Shown here: piece after piece, positions 13,326 through 27,541 of the stretch
Layout of the letters: each line of letters begins with the position of its first letter
Numbering within the stretch: position 1 is the stretch's first letter
Assembly (NCBI GenBank): GCA_951406725.2
Contig: OX597832.1
Span: 22,692,001 to 22,756,000 of the forward strand
Direction: 5' to 3'
Origin: Octopus vulgaris
Lineage: Eukaryota
Length of the DNA stretch: 64,000 bases
Translations under genes and position numbers: made by a program
The notes under the pieces: model-generated
The model's database searches: none
What the model was told of the DNA's origin: nothing
The model's input: only the letters and a program-made list of their open reading frames with translations

Positions 13326-13927
13326 ATAAAGGAATTTTGTTAAATCGTCGTTCGACTCCATTCTTTCATTTATCTATATATACATATATATATATATATA
13401 TAAATCTTTTAGTATAGCTCAAGAATTTTCAATTAGCACTTCTGTTATAATTCGGTTATTTAATTTGTACTGGGGGAGAGTTTAACAAATATCCAATCTT
13501 GGTCTTAACGAAAATAATATTACCATTAATCAAAAATAAAAAAATAGTGCAGATATTAATTGCGAACGCTAACACAACGTGAATTCAACAATGGCACTCA
13601 TTTATATTGCTCAAAAGATAATTAGTTTGCGACTGAAGATTGGTTATTGTTCGTGTTGGGAATTCACAATTCTTCAGATCTGAGATTAGCAGATGCAGAC
13701 TTTTATTTTTTAGTTGATTTTGACAGTGGCCTACGGTCATGCTGGAGCGACGCTTTAAAGTGTTTTAGCGGACCAATTTAGCACCAATATATTTCTAAGC
13801 CAGGTGCCTATTTTTTTGTTCTTTTTCTTTCTATTCTTTGTTTGCCGAATCATCTGCGAATGTGGATGGAACGTAAACAAGCCAACACCACTTGTCGAGC
13901 GACAGACAGGGTGACAGAGTTGCAAAG

Positions 13928-13986
<59 letters not shown>

Positions 13987-14612
13987 GTATATATATTTAT
14001 TTCAGGTCTTATGCCTTCAGTAGAAAATATTATTATTTTAGGGAGCTAGTTGGCAGATTCGTTGGCACGCTGGGCAGACAGCTCGAAAAAATAAAAGGGT
14101 TCATATCAGACACGCTAACGATTAGACAAGCCTTCCATCCGACACATAAGTTAGATACAAGCAACGGTTTTGAGGTGACAAACGTTTAAATAGACTGAGT
14201 ACTTGAATTTTTATTATCACCCCTGAAACGATGAAAGCCAAAGTCGACTTTGCGAATCCTGAAGCTGCGTTCGACATAAATTTTCTTAGGATCTGAATGG
14301 TTAATTAATAGTTATTGTATATACCAGTGACTATAACTATTTGTCCTTTGTTATTTATGAGGACATTCTAAAAGCTATTTTTCTTTTTATTTCATTTTAA
14401 AAATTGCAGCTTTTGGATCCTAATTTTAATGCCCCAAGTGTTTCTATAATTTGATCATTATTATTGTATTCCCTCAAGTTTGAATTTGAAATAACTTAAA
14501 ATTTCTTTGAGACTTACTTTCAGACCTGGCTTTTGAAAACTCTTGGCTTACTTTCTCCCACAATCTTCTCAAGCATTCTTCATTCTTCGGCAATATGGTA
14601 TTGTTATCTATG

Positions 14613-15096
14613 TAGTTAGTTAGTTAGTTTGTTAGTTAGTTAATTTGGCTCAAAAGCAAATAGCAAGGCCATGTAGGGGGACATTGAGTTAAGTACAGGG
14701 TGGTGTTCATGTAAAGAGTTCAGGCCACTTGAGGTCCAGGGAGGCTTTGAACAAAGCGGTCGTCGGCATCTTCACCATCTCGTCTGGCAGCTTGTTCCAC
14801 GGATCCACAACCCGGACGGAGAAAGCTCCTCTCCGATTGAGATGAAATCGTCGCAGGTAGAGCTTTTCGGAATGACCCCGCAGCCGACGCTCTGGAGCAG
14901 GAGTGAAGAACAGCTCTTTCGAGAGGTTACACTTTCCGCTTATGATGTTGTGGGCGAGAATGAGATCACCACGGCGGCGGCGTTTTTCAAGAGAATAAAG
15001 GTCGAGCGTCCTCAGCCTTTCTTCGTGGGACAAATTTTTGAGACCATGAACCATGCGGGTAGCCAGCTTCTGGACTCTTTCGAGATGCTGTATGTC
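14613..15096 (-). mobile_element. 5'-truncated CR1-clade LINE (RT C-terminus, 3' UTR and (TAAC)n tail)
   Basis: Peptide LERVQKLATRMVHGLKNLSHEERLRTLDLYSLEKRRRRGDLI...RGH...FSVRVVDPWNKLP...FKASLD is typical of CR1 ORF2 ends. Tandem tail at 14613-14641. Confidence 0.9.
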
Positions 15097-15199
15097 AGGT
15101 ATGAGTTATATATCTGTCCTGCTATTTTGAGTCACAACATTTCCTCTAGTCCTGATTTGTTATATTATCACTGAACATCGTGCAAATTACGAGAGAAAT

Positions 15200-16690
15200 T
15201 TTGCAGGTTTGGTGCTCCAAAATTTTTTCCCCCTTTTTACCAATTCCATCGTTGTTCTGAATAATTGCTTCTTATCAGAACAGAACTCCATAACAAATAT
15301 TTCTTTCGGTAACGTTAGTGTTTAATGAGCTACACTACAAGAATTGTGTGGCAAATGATGAAACACGAGTCGACATTCTAGTAGTACACCTTAGACTTTT
15401 CCATTATCTACCTCATCTTTGACATTTATTTTTATTTGTTGTTACCCAACCTTTCCTGAAGCCAGATTTTACTAAAGTCTATTCATCTTCCAGTTTTTAA
15501 TAATTTTCAGAACAGTTTTACTTACGTGGCACATAGAGACAATTATCCTGAAATTCTTGAATTCCCGAAGAACACCTTACTTTAAAATGGGGTTATAAGC
15601 CATCATCCTCTATTTTTAAGCTATCGTGAATATACTAAATAAATTTTCAAAATTTAGTAGAACATACCCGGGTAAATTCACCAGTTCTTTGTTATTGTTC
15701 AGTTAGAATGTTATTTGAAATTAGTGTGTTTTTTTGTTACGCCAGAAATAGCCCAACGTAATACTATTTCCATTATATTCGCATCCTCTTCATACACCCT
15801 TGATGTAAAATCCTCATGGACCCCTCCGACTCATGCCTACAACTCTCTCGTGTATTCTCTCTATGAAGCATTAAATAGTACATTATTCTCACACCTTCAC
15901 CAGTTTTATAGTTTAGAATTCCGATTCTAGACGGAACGTTTCCGTTATTTTATTTTAGTTCCTTGAAGAGGTTTGCTGCTTTACTTTCTGTTGATATTCT
16001 TCCGTTGTTTTACAATACCCTCTTCAAAGAATTGCCATTATCTTTCAGCTTCACGTTAGAATTCATTACATAGTCTTCTGAATGCCTTAATATCTGCAAT
16101 TACTTTTGACTGCCGCCGTTCTTATTCAATTCCTATTGTTGTTGCCAAAATCCATTTTGTACTTCTTATTCTTTTCCAACCGTAAGAAGATTCCTTGCTG
16201 ATTCTTAAACAATGCCATTCATTTCTGGCTATAACGCTCCAGGGTATCTCAAGACACCATTAACAGTTGTAAATCGATTCTTAAATGCCACACAATAACA
16301 TTCTGGAAATTCTTAAAGTCTGTTCTTTCCACGCTTTTATTTTTCTCTTTTCTATTTTATTAAATATTAATTTGATCTTAGAACTGAACGGTTGGCAATG
16401 TTTACCATAATCAGCCCATGGCGTAAATTTGGCAGTCTGAACCGAAATTTTCTATATCAAAGATTGTTCTAAATAGGTGTTTCGGATGGACATAGAATTC
16501 GCTGCCATAATTAAAACACCATGTACTTTCCTTTTCCAAAAATATTTGATCTTTCCTTCATACCTACCATTGCATCGGATCTTTTATAATAAATAAATTT
16601 TCTTCCCGCTTCACGTTAATAACGGTTTTCTAAATGTGATTCAAGAATCTTTCCTTATCATCTTTCATAATTACTGATGTGGACGAATGG
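15200..16690 (-). pseudogene. Heavily decayed LINE ORF2 (APE-RT, RTE-like) remnant
   Basis: Minus-strand NFRIIVSMCHVSKTVLKII near 15500-15560 resembles the RTE motif N(Y/F)RxISLxxHxSKILLKI. Weaker endonuclease-like traces lie near 16400-16580. Many stops and frameshifts. Confidence 0.5.
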
Positions 16691-17921
16691 TTGTAAATAA
16701 AGGGTAAGAACCCGAACGACCCCCTTCGCTCATCAATGACCATGGGATTCCAACTAGAACTTTTCTGATACCGCCTCGTATTATGAACACTCGACCAGTT
16801 AGTGTGCACAGTGTATCGAGTACTCTATCGAGAACTCTATTGAGTCATAATATTAACTCAACCATCATACAAATACTGACTCTGAGAACTTGGCACCGTG
16901 ACCAGAAATATTTCGCTGACGTGATGCAGACAGATGGTTAACAATTAATTGATAAGTAAGTGTTTGTTTTATGACACTTTGTAAATAAGCAAAAGAACAT
17001 TATATAATGTGAAGCATTATATTTTGCTTTCTGTCTTTTTCCTTATCGTATAAACATTAAAGAAATACACAGTCATTATCACCTCTATGAATTCTCTTGT
17101 ATAACTATCTTTTATTTTTTTTTTTTTTACGTGTTTCACTAATTAGACTGTGGCCTTGCTGGGACACCGCCTTGATGAATTTTAGACGTACAAATCGACC
17201 GCAGTACATATTTTTTTAAGCATGGTAATTACTCTGTCGATCGTTTATGACGAACGGCTAAGTTACGGGCGTCGTAAACACTGCAAAAAGCGGTTGTCAA
17301 GTGGTGGTGGAAGGATAAATACAGACAAAAAGACACATACACACACGATGGGCTTCTTTCAGTTTCCGTCTACCAAATCCACTCAGTTTATCATTTAACT
17401 ATATATGCACGTCTCACGCAATTATGTGCATGAGAAGACACACATAAAACAAAAGAAACAAATCTGCACACATACCTACATACATACAATGGGATTCGTA
17501 TAGTTTCCGTCTACTAAATGCAGTCATAAGGAATTGGTAGGAAAGACGTGCTCAATAACCACCTCATTGTCCTTTACGTTTAAGGAACAATTCTCCATCA
17601 TTAATAAAGGTGATGTAACCAACCGTTTTCTTGTTACAGCGTTACTGAAGCCAAATGGTTAAGATGTTTCTTTCGCAACCACACGTTCCTTGGTTCGATC
17701 CCAAAGCGTGACATCTTCAACAAATATCTATTTATGTAGCATCGGGCTGAAGCTAATTTTGAGATGATAAATTGGGGAGATGGAAACTGTTTAGAGACCA
17801 GTCGGATGGGATGTGTCTAATTCATATAGTTTGACCCTTGTCACACACTGTGTCACGTGTGATTCAGCATGAAAATTAAGTTGAGCAAACTTGTCTGTGA
17901 AATAGTCATCTACATTTTCGT

Positions 17922-18581
17922 AAGGCGGCGAGCTGGCAGAAACGTTAGCACACCGGGAAAAATGCCTTGCAGTATTTCGTCTGCCGTTACGTTCTGAGTT
18001 CAAATTCCGCCGAGGTCGACTTTGCCTTTCATCCTTTCGGGGTCGATTAAATAAGTACCAGTTATGCACTGGGGTCGATATAATCGACTTAATCCGTTTG
18101 TCTGTCCTTGTTTGTCCCCTCTGTGTTTAGCCCCTTGTGGGTAGTAAAGAAATAGGTATTTCGTCTGCTGCTATGTTCTGAGTTCAAATTCAGCCGAGGT
18201 CGACTTTGCCTTTCATCTTTTCGAAGTCGATTAAATAAGTACCAGTTACGCACTGATGTCGATATAATCGACTTAATCCGTTTGTCTGTCCTTGTTTGTC
18301 CTCTCTGTGTTTAGCCCCTTGTGAATAGTAAAGAAATAGGTATTTCGTCTGCTGCTATGTTCTGAGTTCAAATTCAGCCGAGGTCGACTTTACCTTTCAT
18401 CCTTTCGGGGTCGATTAAATAAGTACCAGTTATGCACTGGTGTCGATATAATCGACTTAATCCGTTTGTCTGTCCTTGTTTGTTCCCTGTGTGTTTAGCC
18501 CCTTGTGGGTAGTAAAGAAATAGGTATTTCGTCTGCCGTTACGTTCTGAGTTCAAATTCCGCCGAGGGCAATAAAGAAATA
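17922..18581 (+). mobile_element. SINE family A multimer: one head, three 184-bp units and a partial unit, within a 23-bp TSD
   Basis: Units begin GTATTTCGTCTGC at 17972, 18156, 18340 and 18524. TSD GAAATAGTCATCTACAT(T/A)TTCGT at 17899-17921 and 18582-18604. Confidence 0.92.
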
Positions 18582-19679
18582 GAAATAGTCATCTACATAT
18601 TCGTTCAGGAGCACACGTAATTCAGAGGAGAGAACAACTGAATTCTCATCGTCGAATGACTGAGAACACCACAAGATTCTTTCAACATAAATTCATTGGT
18701 TTTTTTACGTTCCTACATAAACCGATTAATAAAATAAACAACAAGAGATTTAGAAAATTCCTCGGATTTACTAAAAGAAAAAAAAGAGGCAATAAACGAT
18801 TTAAGATCGCAATATCATTTGAGAATAGATTTCACATAATATTGGAAGTTTCTGGAGCATTACTATGTATTTTGTTCATTTAAAACGGTGATAATTACCT
18901 TACAATAGTAAGAAATTCCTGCAATTATACACTGTGTTGGCTTCCGGTGTTCGCTAAACCGCAAACTTCTAATGCCGGTAGGCGGCCATAGCTAGAAAAT
19001 GTATAATATAATAGAAAAGAAGCTGATGTCAGCAGAACTAATCTATCTGTTGAATGATAAACATAAAAGGCAAAAAACGGAAAAAAAAATATCGGTTGAC
19101 CTAAATTGGAAGGTGACAAAAACATTTAATATTAGATGTGCTTGCCAAAGATTTATTTACAGAGATGAGATTTAAAGTAGTTCCATTAAAAATGGAAAAG
19201 CAAATAAATAAAAAGGAATTAGAAAGCAACTTTCCCAAAGGGGTAGGTTTTTTTTTACCGTTTTATGTCAACGTGTAAATGAAGGTTTTCAGAGAGCAAA
19301 TTGCTGTGTACATAGATTATTAACAGACGATCAGGCGAAACGTTAACAGTTCATTTCATCTTTGTGGTACTACATTTTCCTTCACGTTCAAAGCGGTGCA
19401 ATTTGCCCGAATCTAAGCAGATTCTGTAACGAAGACACGACACAAAAAAAAAAAAAAAAAAAAACGATTCGTTCATCTTTTACTTGTTTCACTCATTCAA
19501 TTGCGGATATGGCGGAACACTACCTTCAAACGTTTAGTCGGGAAACTCGACACCAGTAATTATTTTTCAGTATCGAACTTATTCACTCATTCGTTAACCG
19601 ACATTTCTAATGGCGTCTCCCTAACAACGGTTGTCAGGCAATGTTGCAGGGACAAATACAAACACAAAATCACGCGTGT

Positions 19680-19980
19680 GCATATGCCACTCAAATCATC
19701 GCGTACGACCCGTTGCCTCGTCCACGAAAGCTTGCCAAACCATGCTCAATGCCTTTGTAGCAAACTTTCCAAGTTTAACGCAAAATTTCAGGTTGTTTCT
19801 TTGTTTCTGTCTACGACAAAATCAGAGAGCATGGCATTCCTGTAATCACAAGAATACAAATTTCACAACGTCCGAAGTAAACACAGCGATGTCACCCGGC
19901 ATTGTGCCTCATGAAGGTCACTGCTAGCTCTCACAGCGCATCCAATCGTGTGCTGCTGTGAACTTTTTGAGACCACCTCG
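19680..19980 (-). mobile_element. Mariner transposon 5' fragment (TIR plus decayed transposase N-terminal HTH)
   Basis: Minus strand begins CGAGGTGGTCTCAAAAAGT. Peptide QRNNLKFCVKLGKFATKALSMVWQAFVDEATGRTR*FEWH matches mariner N-termini. Confidence 0.8.
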
Positions 19981-20008
19981 TGTGTGTGTGTATACATACA
20001 TACATATA

Positions 20009-20044
<36 letters not shown>

Positions 20045-20047
20045 TGT

Positions 20048-20214
20048 ATTCTCAAACGCAGGATAATGCTAATAATATAGCCTGAACAGGATAAGCTACC
20101 CCTATTTTGCAGAAAAAAAGTGTTGGTGGCCGGCTATAAGACAAATTTTCTGCAAACTAGGGGTAGCTTATCCTCTACAGATTATATTATTAGCATTATC
20201 CTGCGTTTGGGAAT
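20048..20214. repeat. Inverted repeat (arms about 20048-20116 and 20146-20214) in a microsatellite-flanked element
   Basis: CAAACGCAGGATAATGCTAATAATATA...AGGATAAGCTACCCCTA is mirrored by TAGGGGTAGCTTATCCT...TATATTATTAGCATTATCCTGCGTTTG. Confidence 0.88.
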
Positions 20215-20810
20215 TTAAAATCACTTCTTTAACTTTCTAAGACATCTCAACGCTTCTAAAGCAATCTTCGTTTGTTTGTTTACGTTCATCATAATTTGCA
20301 TTTATATATATATATATTTTTTTTTTACGCCATACGCGATCTCCCGAAACCACCTACGACACAACAGTATGTGTCCGATAGCTCAGTAGACCGCGTAGGC
20401 CAGCAGAGCAAACCAATTTGCTTAGAGCAGGAAGGTGCTGTAATCAAAGAAGCCAGAAAAGTTGAAAATAACAAACAAAACCGTTGAGTATAACCAAAAT
20501 ACAAGAACTTTAATTAAGAGGCCAATAATATTTATGGAATAAATAAACAGTTCTTTAGAGGGTTCTTTTAGAGAGTTCTTTCATTTACATCTGAAATTTG
20601 TAGGTTCTTTTGGAGAGCTCTTCTTTTATTCACCAGTCTAATGATTACTTTTCTATCCTTTTTATCTCTTTTTTTACGACTGGACTTTTGTTACTTCCAA
20701 ATTCAGGATATCATTCCGCCTTCTTTGCGTTGCCAAGTTCTATTTTTCGCAGCCAGTTCAAAACCTCTCACCCTCCGCATTGATTGCCGAAACCAACTTC
20801 ACACTCAACA

Positions 20811-20848
<38 letters not shown>

Positions 20849-21599
20849 CCATATCCTAGTTAAAAGCTATGCAAATCTTACTGGGTATTCGGAATCAAAA
20901 TGCGGAATATATTTTATCCGACGTACTATCAATTCTTTCAACCCAGCATTTGCAAAATATTAATTTCCTTTCCGAAAGTAATAAAATAATCAACTTTTGT
21001 AATTAATGTATAATCAGTTAATTTGATATCAGCACAATAGTATTTTTTTCTGGCCCACCCTTGTGAGATAAATATAAAGCTGCGTTGCACCATTCGCTGT
21101 TTGAAACAAAACCTTATGATGTGTGAAACCACATCCTGGAAAACTATCACACGCCTATATAATCTCACTTCTCTACGCAACTAATAGTATATTATATTTA
21201 AACGCTAATCGATTAAGACAGTCGTTTTATATTACTGATATTTCTTACGTCTATCTCGTGTGTATAAAACCAATAGAAATTATTACAAGGTTTGAATCCA
21301 GGTCTTAGGTGACGGAAACAAAATTCTGTACAGAAATATTTCAGTGATATATTGTCACGAAGAATTTTCATCGGACTTAACGAATACAAATGTTGATATT
21401 TAATAAATATACGTGAGAGACAATAAAGTCTTTGGGAGTGAGTTCCTTTTACATGAAAGAATAATACGAGAAAATGTTAAGAATACATAGATTTTTTAAT
21501 TCTATAGAATCTTCTTTCATAAACAAAATAATTTCCAAAATCTTGTATCTGTCTATATGTCAATCCAATGAAAAATACTTCAAGAAAAGCACAGCGGAG

Positions 21600-21672
<73 letters not shown>

Positions 21673-22030
21673 CTTATTCTTACCTTAATATTTCTTTACA
21701 ATGAATCACAGGGCTGTCCAATAGAAAGCAAAAACATTCGTTGAATAACGGTTTGGCTTTAAAATGTTTTCACAACGGATTGTGTTTGCCATCAAAGAGA
21801 GATTTCCCTCAGAAGTGTTTTTGGTAAATGTATATGGAAGTCTTTTTTTTTATTCCACACTGAAAAAGACACATACATATGTGTGTATAATTCCCAATAC
21901 ACATAAAAATTTACGTGCGCTTTTAATGATACATACGTGTGTGAGAGCGCACGTTTAGTGATAAGTGTGTATACAAATATATATATATGTATATATATAC
22001 GCGCGCGTGTAGAGACAGGCATGTATATAC

Positions 22031-22097
<67 letters not shown>

Positions 22098-22207
22098 TAT
22101 GATTATCTATCTGCATATATATACATATACATTTTCATGTAGATATATGTATATTCATATATATATATATAATATGTGTATGTATATATACGTATATATA
22201 TATATAC

Positions 22208-22250
<43 letters not shown>

Positions 22251-22669
22251 ATATATATATATGCGTGTGTGTATGCATTTATATACATATATTGTTATTT
22301 ATATAGAAACAAAATGATATATATACAAATTTATGTATATATATATACACAAAAATTTATATATATATACACATAAAAATATACATACATACACACACAC
22401 ACACATATATATATATAAATATATATATATATAAAGAGCATTAGTACAACGTAAATGCATCACGGTATACGGGTGTTCTTTAAGAGTCCTTATAGCGTGA
22501 GATACGTGTAGTAATTTCTTTAATATTACAAATGTATTTAAAAGGGAATAAATAAATTATATGTTTTGTGTAAAGTTTTCCCTTAACTCGTTTTTCACGC
22601 TGACTACTCGATAAATTCTTACACCGGTTTTATCCTTATATTTAACTTTAACTTTGTATATATACATAG

Positions 22670-22777
<108 letters not shown>

Positions 22778-22783
22778 TATACA

Positions 22784-22842
<59 letters not shown>

Positions 22843-22969
22843 TTATATACATACATATAGATATATATATGTGTGTGTGTATATGTATACATATTTATAT
22901 ATTTTATTTTATTGTTTTATTTTGTTACTTGTTTCATCCATTTGACGGCGGCCATGCTGGAGCACCGCC

Positions 22970-23015
<46 letters not shown>

Positions 23016-23129
23016 ATATATATATATATATTATTAAACATATAAATGTATATAGACACACACACACGCATATATATATATATTTATATATAGTTATATA
23101 CATATATATGTATATATATATGTATGTGT

Positions 23130-23161
<32 letters not shown>

Positions 23162-23162
23162 C

Positions 23163-23575
23163 TTTTTTTTTTACTCTTTTACTTGTTTCAGTCATTTGAC
23201 TGCGGCCATGCTGGAGCACCGCCTTTAGTCGAGCAAATCGACCCCGGGACTTATTCTTTGTAAGCCCAGTACTTATTCTGTCGGTCTCTTTTGCCGAACC
23301 GCTAAGTGACGGGGACGTAAACACACCAGCATCGGTTGTCAAGCAATGCTAGGGGGACAAACACAGACACACAAACATATACACACATACTTATATATAT
23401 ATACATATATACGACAGGCTTCTTTCTGTTTCTGTCTACCAAATCCACTCATAAGGCATTGGTCGGCCCGGGGCTATAGCAGAAAACACTTGCCCAAGAT
23501 GCCACGCAATGGGACTGAACCCAGAACCATGTAGTTGGTTAGCAAGCTACTTATCACACAGCCACTCCTGCGCCT
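23163..23575 (-). mobile_element. SINE family B, full length
   Basis: Same head, CORE-like segment and tail as 3405-3800. Confidence 0.92.
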
Positions 23576-24359
23576 ATATGTTTATACATATATCTGTATG
23601 TTTATGTATATAAATACTATTTATTATTTTTATTATCAGTAGTAGTAGTAGTAGTAGTAGTAGTAGTCGTTACGCAGAACAATACTAATCCTCAAAAAAT
23701 AGTCAAAAAGTAAGAAGCCAAAAAATAAAACGATGGTATAATACGCCGTGACCGTTCCATTGTTTCCAAGATTTTTCCAAACATTGGAAATACGCATTTT
23801 TCATAGACATACCGTTGTTAAGGGAAAAATGATTAACATCAGCTACGGTTGCCCATAGTTTTCTTTGATTCCAGAGCCAGTAGAAACAAAACATATTCTC
23901 CAGTTTTAATAAGCAAAATGTTATATAATTACATCAGGCTTAATGCATGTTCTCTCAACGGAACGTATCTCAAATTCATCGTGATAAAAGCCTTTGCTGC
24001 AAATAACTTTTAAACAAAGAGATATACAGGACTGAATGTTGCATTATATGCCTGCATTCAGACAATTACCCAGTTGCATCGCTACATTAATATATATAAA
24101 TTTAAAAAAAGTTACAAGATCAGGTCTTTTATATTAGCGAACCATGTCGTGTCCCGCTCGCTTTTCGTAGAAGTATAACGTCTCACTACGGCATTTCGTT
24201 GTTTTTATAACTTTATACAAAATATTGGAAATGATTCGTTGTTGGTGATGCTTTCATTGGCAAACATTGAGGAAAACGTTCATTTCATCCCCACATTATA
24301 TATGTGTGTGTGTGCGCACGCCCGTAAACACACACACACACACACGCATATATATATAT

Positions 24360-24534
24360 AATGATAATAATAATAATAATGATAAGAAGAAGAAGACGAA
24401 GAAGAAGACGAAGAAGAAGGAGTAGAAGAAGAAGAATACGTAGAAGACGAAGAAGAAGAAGAAGAAGAAGAAGAAGAAGACGAGAAGAAGAAGAAGAAGA
24501 AGAAGAAGAAGAAGAAGAAGAAGAAGAAGAAGAC

Positions 24535-24568
<34 letters not shown>

Positions 24569-24590
24569 AACAATAATGATAATAACAAAG
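24360..24590. repeat. Compound (AAT)n-(GAA)n-(AAT)n trinucleotide repeat
   Basis: Seen directly. Confidence 0.95.
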
Positions 24591-24676
24591 TTTTTAGTGC
24601 TGCGCTTGTTAAATAATAGAAAACTCTGTCCAAACCCCTTACCTGCGACTATAGTCTGGAGTTGCTTTACTAGAGA

Positions 24677-24714
<38 letters not shown>

Positions 24715-24760
24715 ATTATATTATATATTATATATATTATTTATTATATATATTATTAAT

Positions 24761-24816
<56 letters not shown>

Positions 24817-25020
24817 AGTGTTTTGGAAACTCCTTGATACAGTCATAATATTTGGAGAGATTGTAGAGAAGATTTTTTTCTCTCAAAGATCTAAGATTAA
24901 GAAAAGAACCTTTTTAAAAAGTCGAAAGTCACTAACATTTGGAAAGAGATTTCACAAAATGTGTGTGGCTTTTGCTTTTATATATGTGCAAGTGATTATA
25001 TATATATATATGTATGTATG

Positions 25021-25100
<80 letters not shown>

Positions 25101-25399
25101 TGTATGTGTGTGTGTGTGTGTTTGCGTGTTTGTGTGACTTTGTATGTTCCACCGCCGATTGACAACCAGTGTTCATTTGTCTTTTGTAATGTAGTGCTCG
25201 GTAGAAAGACACCGATGGTATAATTAGCATGCGTAAAGAAATAATTACGTTTTGTTCCACTAAAAACTTCAAAGCTGAGACCCTGTATAACTCCTGTCCA
25301 AAAACCGAAGCAAGTAAAACGTAAAAATATATGTACTAATATTACACAGTTGTCTTTATCTTCCACCATCTTGGAACATTCTGACGGCAGCAACCTTAA

Positions 25400-26450
25400 G
25401 ATTTTAGCTTGATTGGTTATAATTTCTGGTGTTTTTTTTACTATTGTTTTCATAAGAATAGATAAGGCGAATTTGTTAGGTGTTAGTTTTAATCAATTTG
25501 CTTAGAATCAGGTTCCTTTATGACTGAAGCAGCGTTTGTAATAGCTGTGTAACTAAATCTGGGCAGCGATTAGACGATAATTTATATAATGTTATCTACG
25601 TATACTGCAAATGAGGAAATATTTTTGTGGAAGCCTAGGAATAGCCTGAAAATATAAGAGAAAAATAAAACGTTGCGAGAGGTTTGTATCCCGGTAAAAC
25701 GTTTTAGAGATTGCTTGTTAGAAATATCTTCTTAACCAAGTTCAGAAGGTTGTTGACAATCCGAGAGAAATAGTTATCTGCGAAGATGATTGATATTTCG
25801 TTCCTGAGTAAGTAGCAATAAATAGTATGAACGACATTTAGACAGTTATTGTAGAATTTTGTTGATGAATGTGTTGTGAACTTTCTCTGTGAAATTTGTA
25901 ACATTTGAAGTGGTTGAATATAGCGCCAGGAATCCCCTTTGGGAGTTCGAAAGAAGAATGTTTTTTGTGTTGATGGACAGCATGATTCAGAAGGGAAGAT
26001 GTTGCTGCTTCAACATGAGATTTTTAAAGAATTGTTAGAGACTTTTTTTTTCCTGTTTTCAAAATCTTGAAAATAGCAGAAAAATGGCAATGTTCGCATG
26101 AGTACTTAACGCTGGAGCATACGCCATTTCGCCAAGGCCTGGCATATTTTAGCGATTTATCAGCGAAATTTTCAGATAGAACAAAACGTACAAGTTTCAG
26201 ATTTTGGAGTTACAGATTTTGGACGTCACGTATTACGTCACTGCAAGGAAAGTGGCAGATTATTGTTATGAATTCTGCAATGGCTGTGTAGTTAGTGTTT
26301 CCAATTTCTATATGTTTGTATGCGTGTTCCCGTGCTAGCTTTCCGAGAACAATGTTGATAGGTGTGCATGCAATCTGCTAAAGTGTGGTCGTATTACTTG
26401 AGATCATTATTATGATGTATGATTCAGAGTGTCCGTGCGGTGTTGTTGAT
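25400..26450 (-). pseudogene. Decayed non-LTR reverse transcriptase remnant
   Basis: Minus strand has a GxPQGDxLxP-like motif near 25920-25950 and IIFADN (FADD-like) near 25770-25790 in the expected order. Frameshifted. Confidence 0.45.
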
Positions 26451-27427
26451 TTACTAATAACTATATAGATTAGCAATAATACAGAGTTTAATGCGCATTT
26501 GGGGATTTCTACAGGATAAAACTATTTGCGAAGGCATTTGATTCGCTTTCCTTTCGGTTTTTTTATCGGTATTTGTCTCGAGTCAGCGCATGAGGAATTT
26601 TATTTCATTTTTATGTCACTTAATGCGTTACGTTTCAAATAGTTCCTCTGGCTTTATCACATTATTTTAGTCATGTAATTCGGATTACAGTTTCAATGAT
26701 TTTTTTTTTTGTCCTCTGGACGATCCTGAATTTCTGTTGCTGAATATGCGTGGTTCTGTTTCAAAAAACATGTATAATAACCACTTGATCCCGGGTACAG
26801 TCCCACTGCGTGGTACCTTAGACAAGCGTTTTCTACTATAGCCTATAGCCTCGGACCCACCAAAGCCTTGTGACTGGTTATAGTAGATGGAAACAGGAAG
26901 AAGCCCGTCGTATACATACATATACATATATGTACATATATGTGTGGGTATCTTTCTGTCTGTGTTTGTTCCACCCTCACCCCTTGACAACTGGTGTGCT
27001 TGTATTTTCATTTCCGTAACCTAGGGGCTCGTCAAATGATTATGCTAGGAGAAATACTAGGCATAAAAAATAGTGGAGTCAATCCATTCGAGTAAAAGCG
27101 CAAGACGGTGTACCAGCCGTGTTTATATATATAAATATATATAAACACACACACACACCTATATATATATATATATGATTCCGAGTTCAGTTACATTGCA
27201 TGGTACCTTGGGCAAGTGTGTTGTAAGTGGATTTGGTAGAGGGGATCTTAAAGAAGACACTCGTATATCTTATTCGCGTTAACCAAAAAATATATATATA
27301 TATATGTGTGTGTGTCTTTCTGTCAGTGTTTGTCACACATCACCGCTTGAGAATTTGTGTCGGTAACTTAGCAGTTCGGCAAAAAGGAAACCGATACAAT
27401 AAAAACCACGCTTTATAAAAATCCTGG

Positions 27428-27541
<114 letters not shown>

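Larger units (their letters stand above)
12898..13378. mobile_element. Palindromic Penelope-like remnant with about 190-bp inverted arms (12898-13090 and 13185-13378), each carrying a hammerhead
   Basis: The arms are reverse complements with only a handful of differences, and the ends are TATAGATAAATG/CATTTATCTATA. Confidence 0.85.

Noticed and set aside
17972-18566. Regularly spaced repeats suggestive of a CRISPR array
   Set aside because: The whole 184-bp unit repeats with no unique spacers. Eukaryotic SINE multimer.
24280-24633. ORF with poly-L, poly-F and poly-S resembling a signal peptide or TM protein
   Set aside because: Translation of (AAT)n and (GAA)n repeats.
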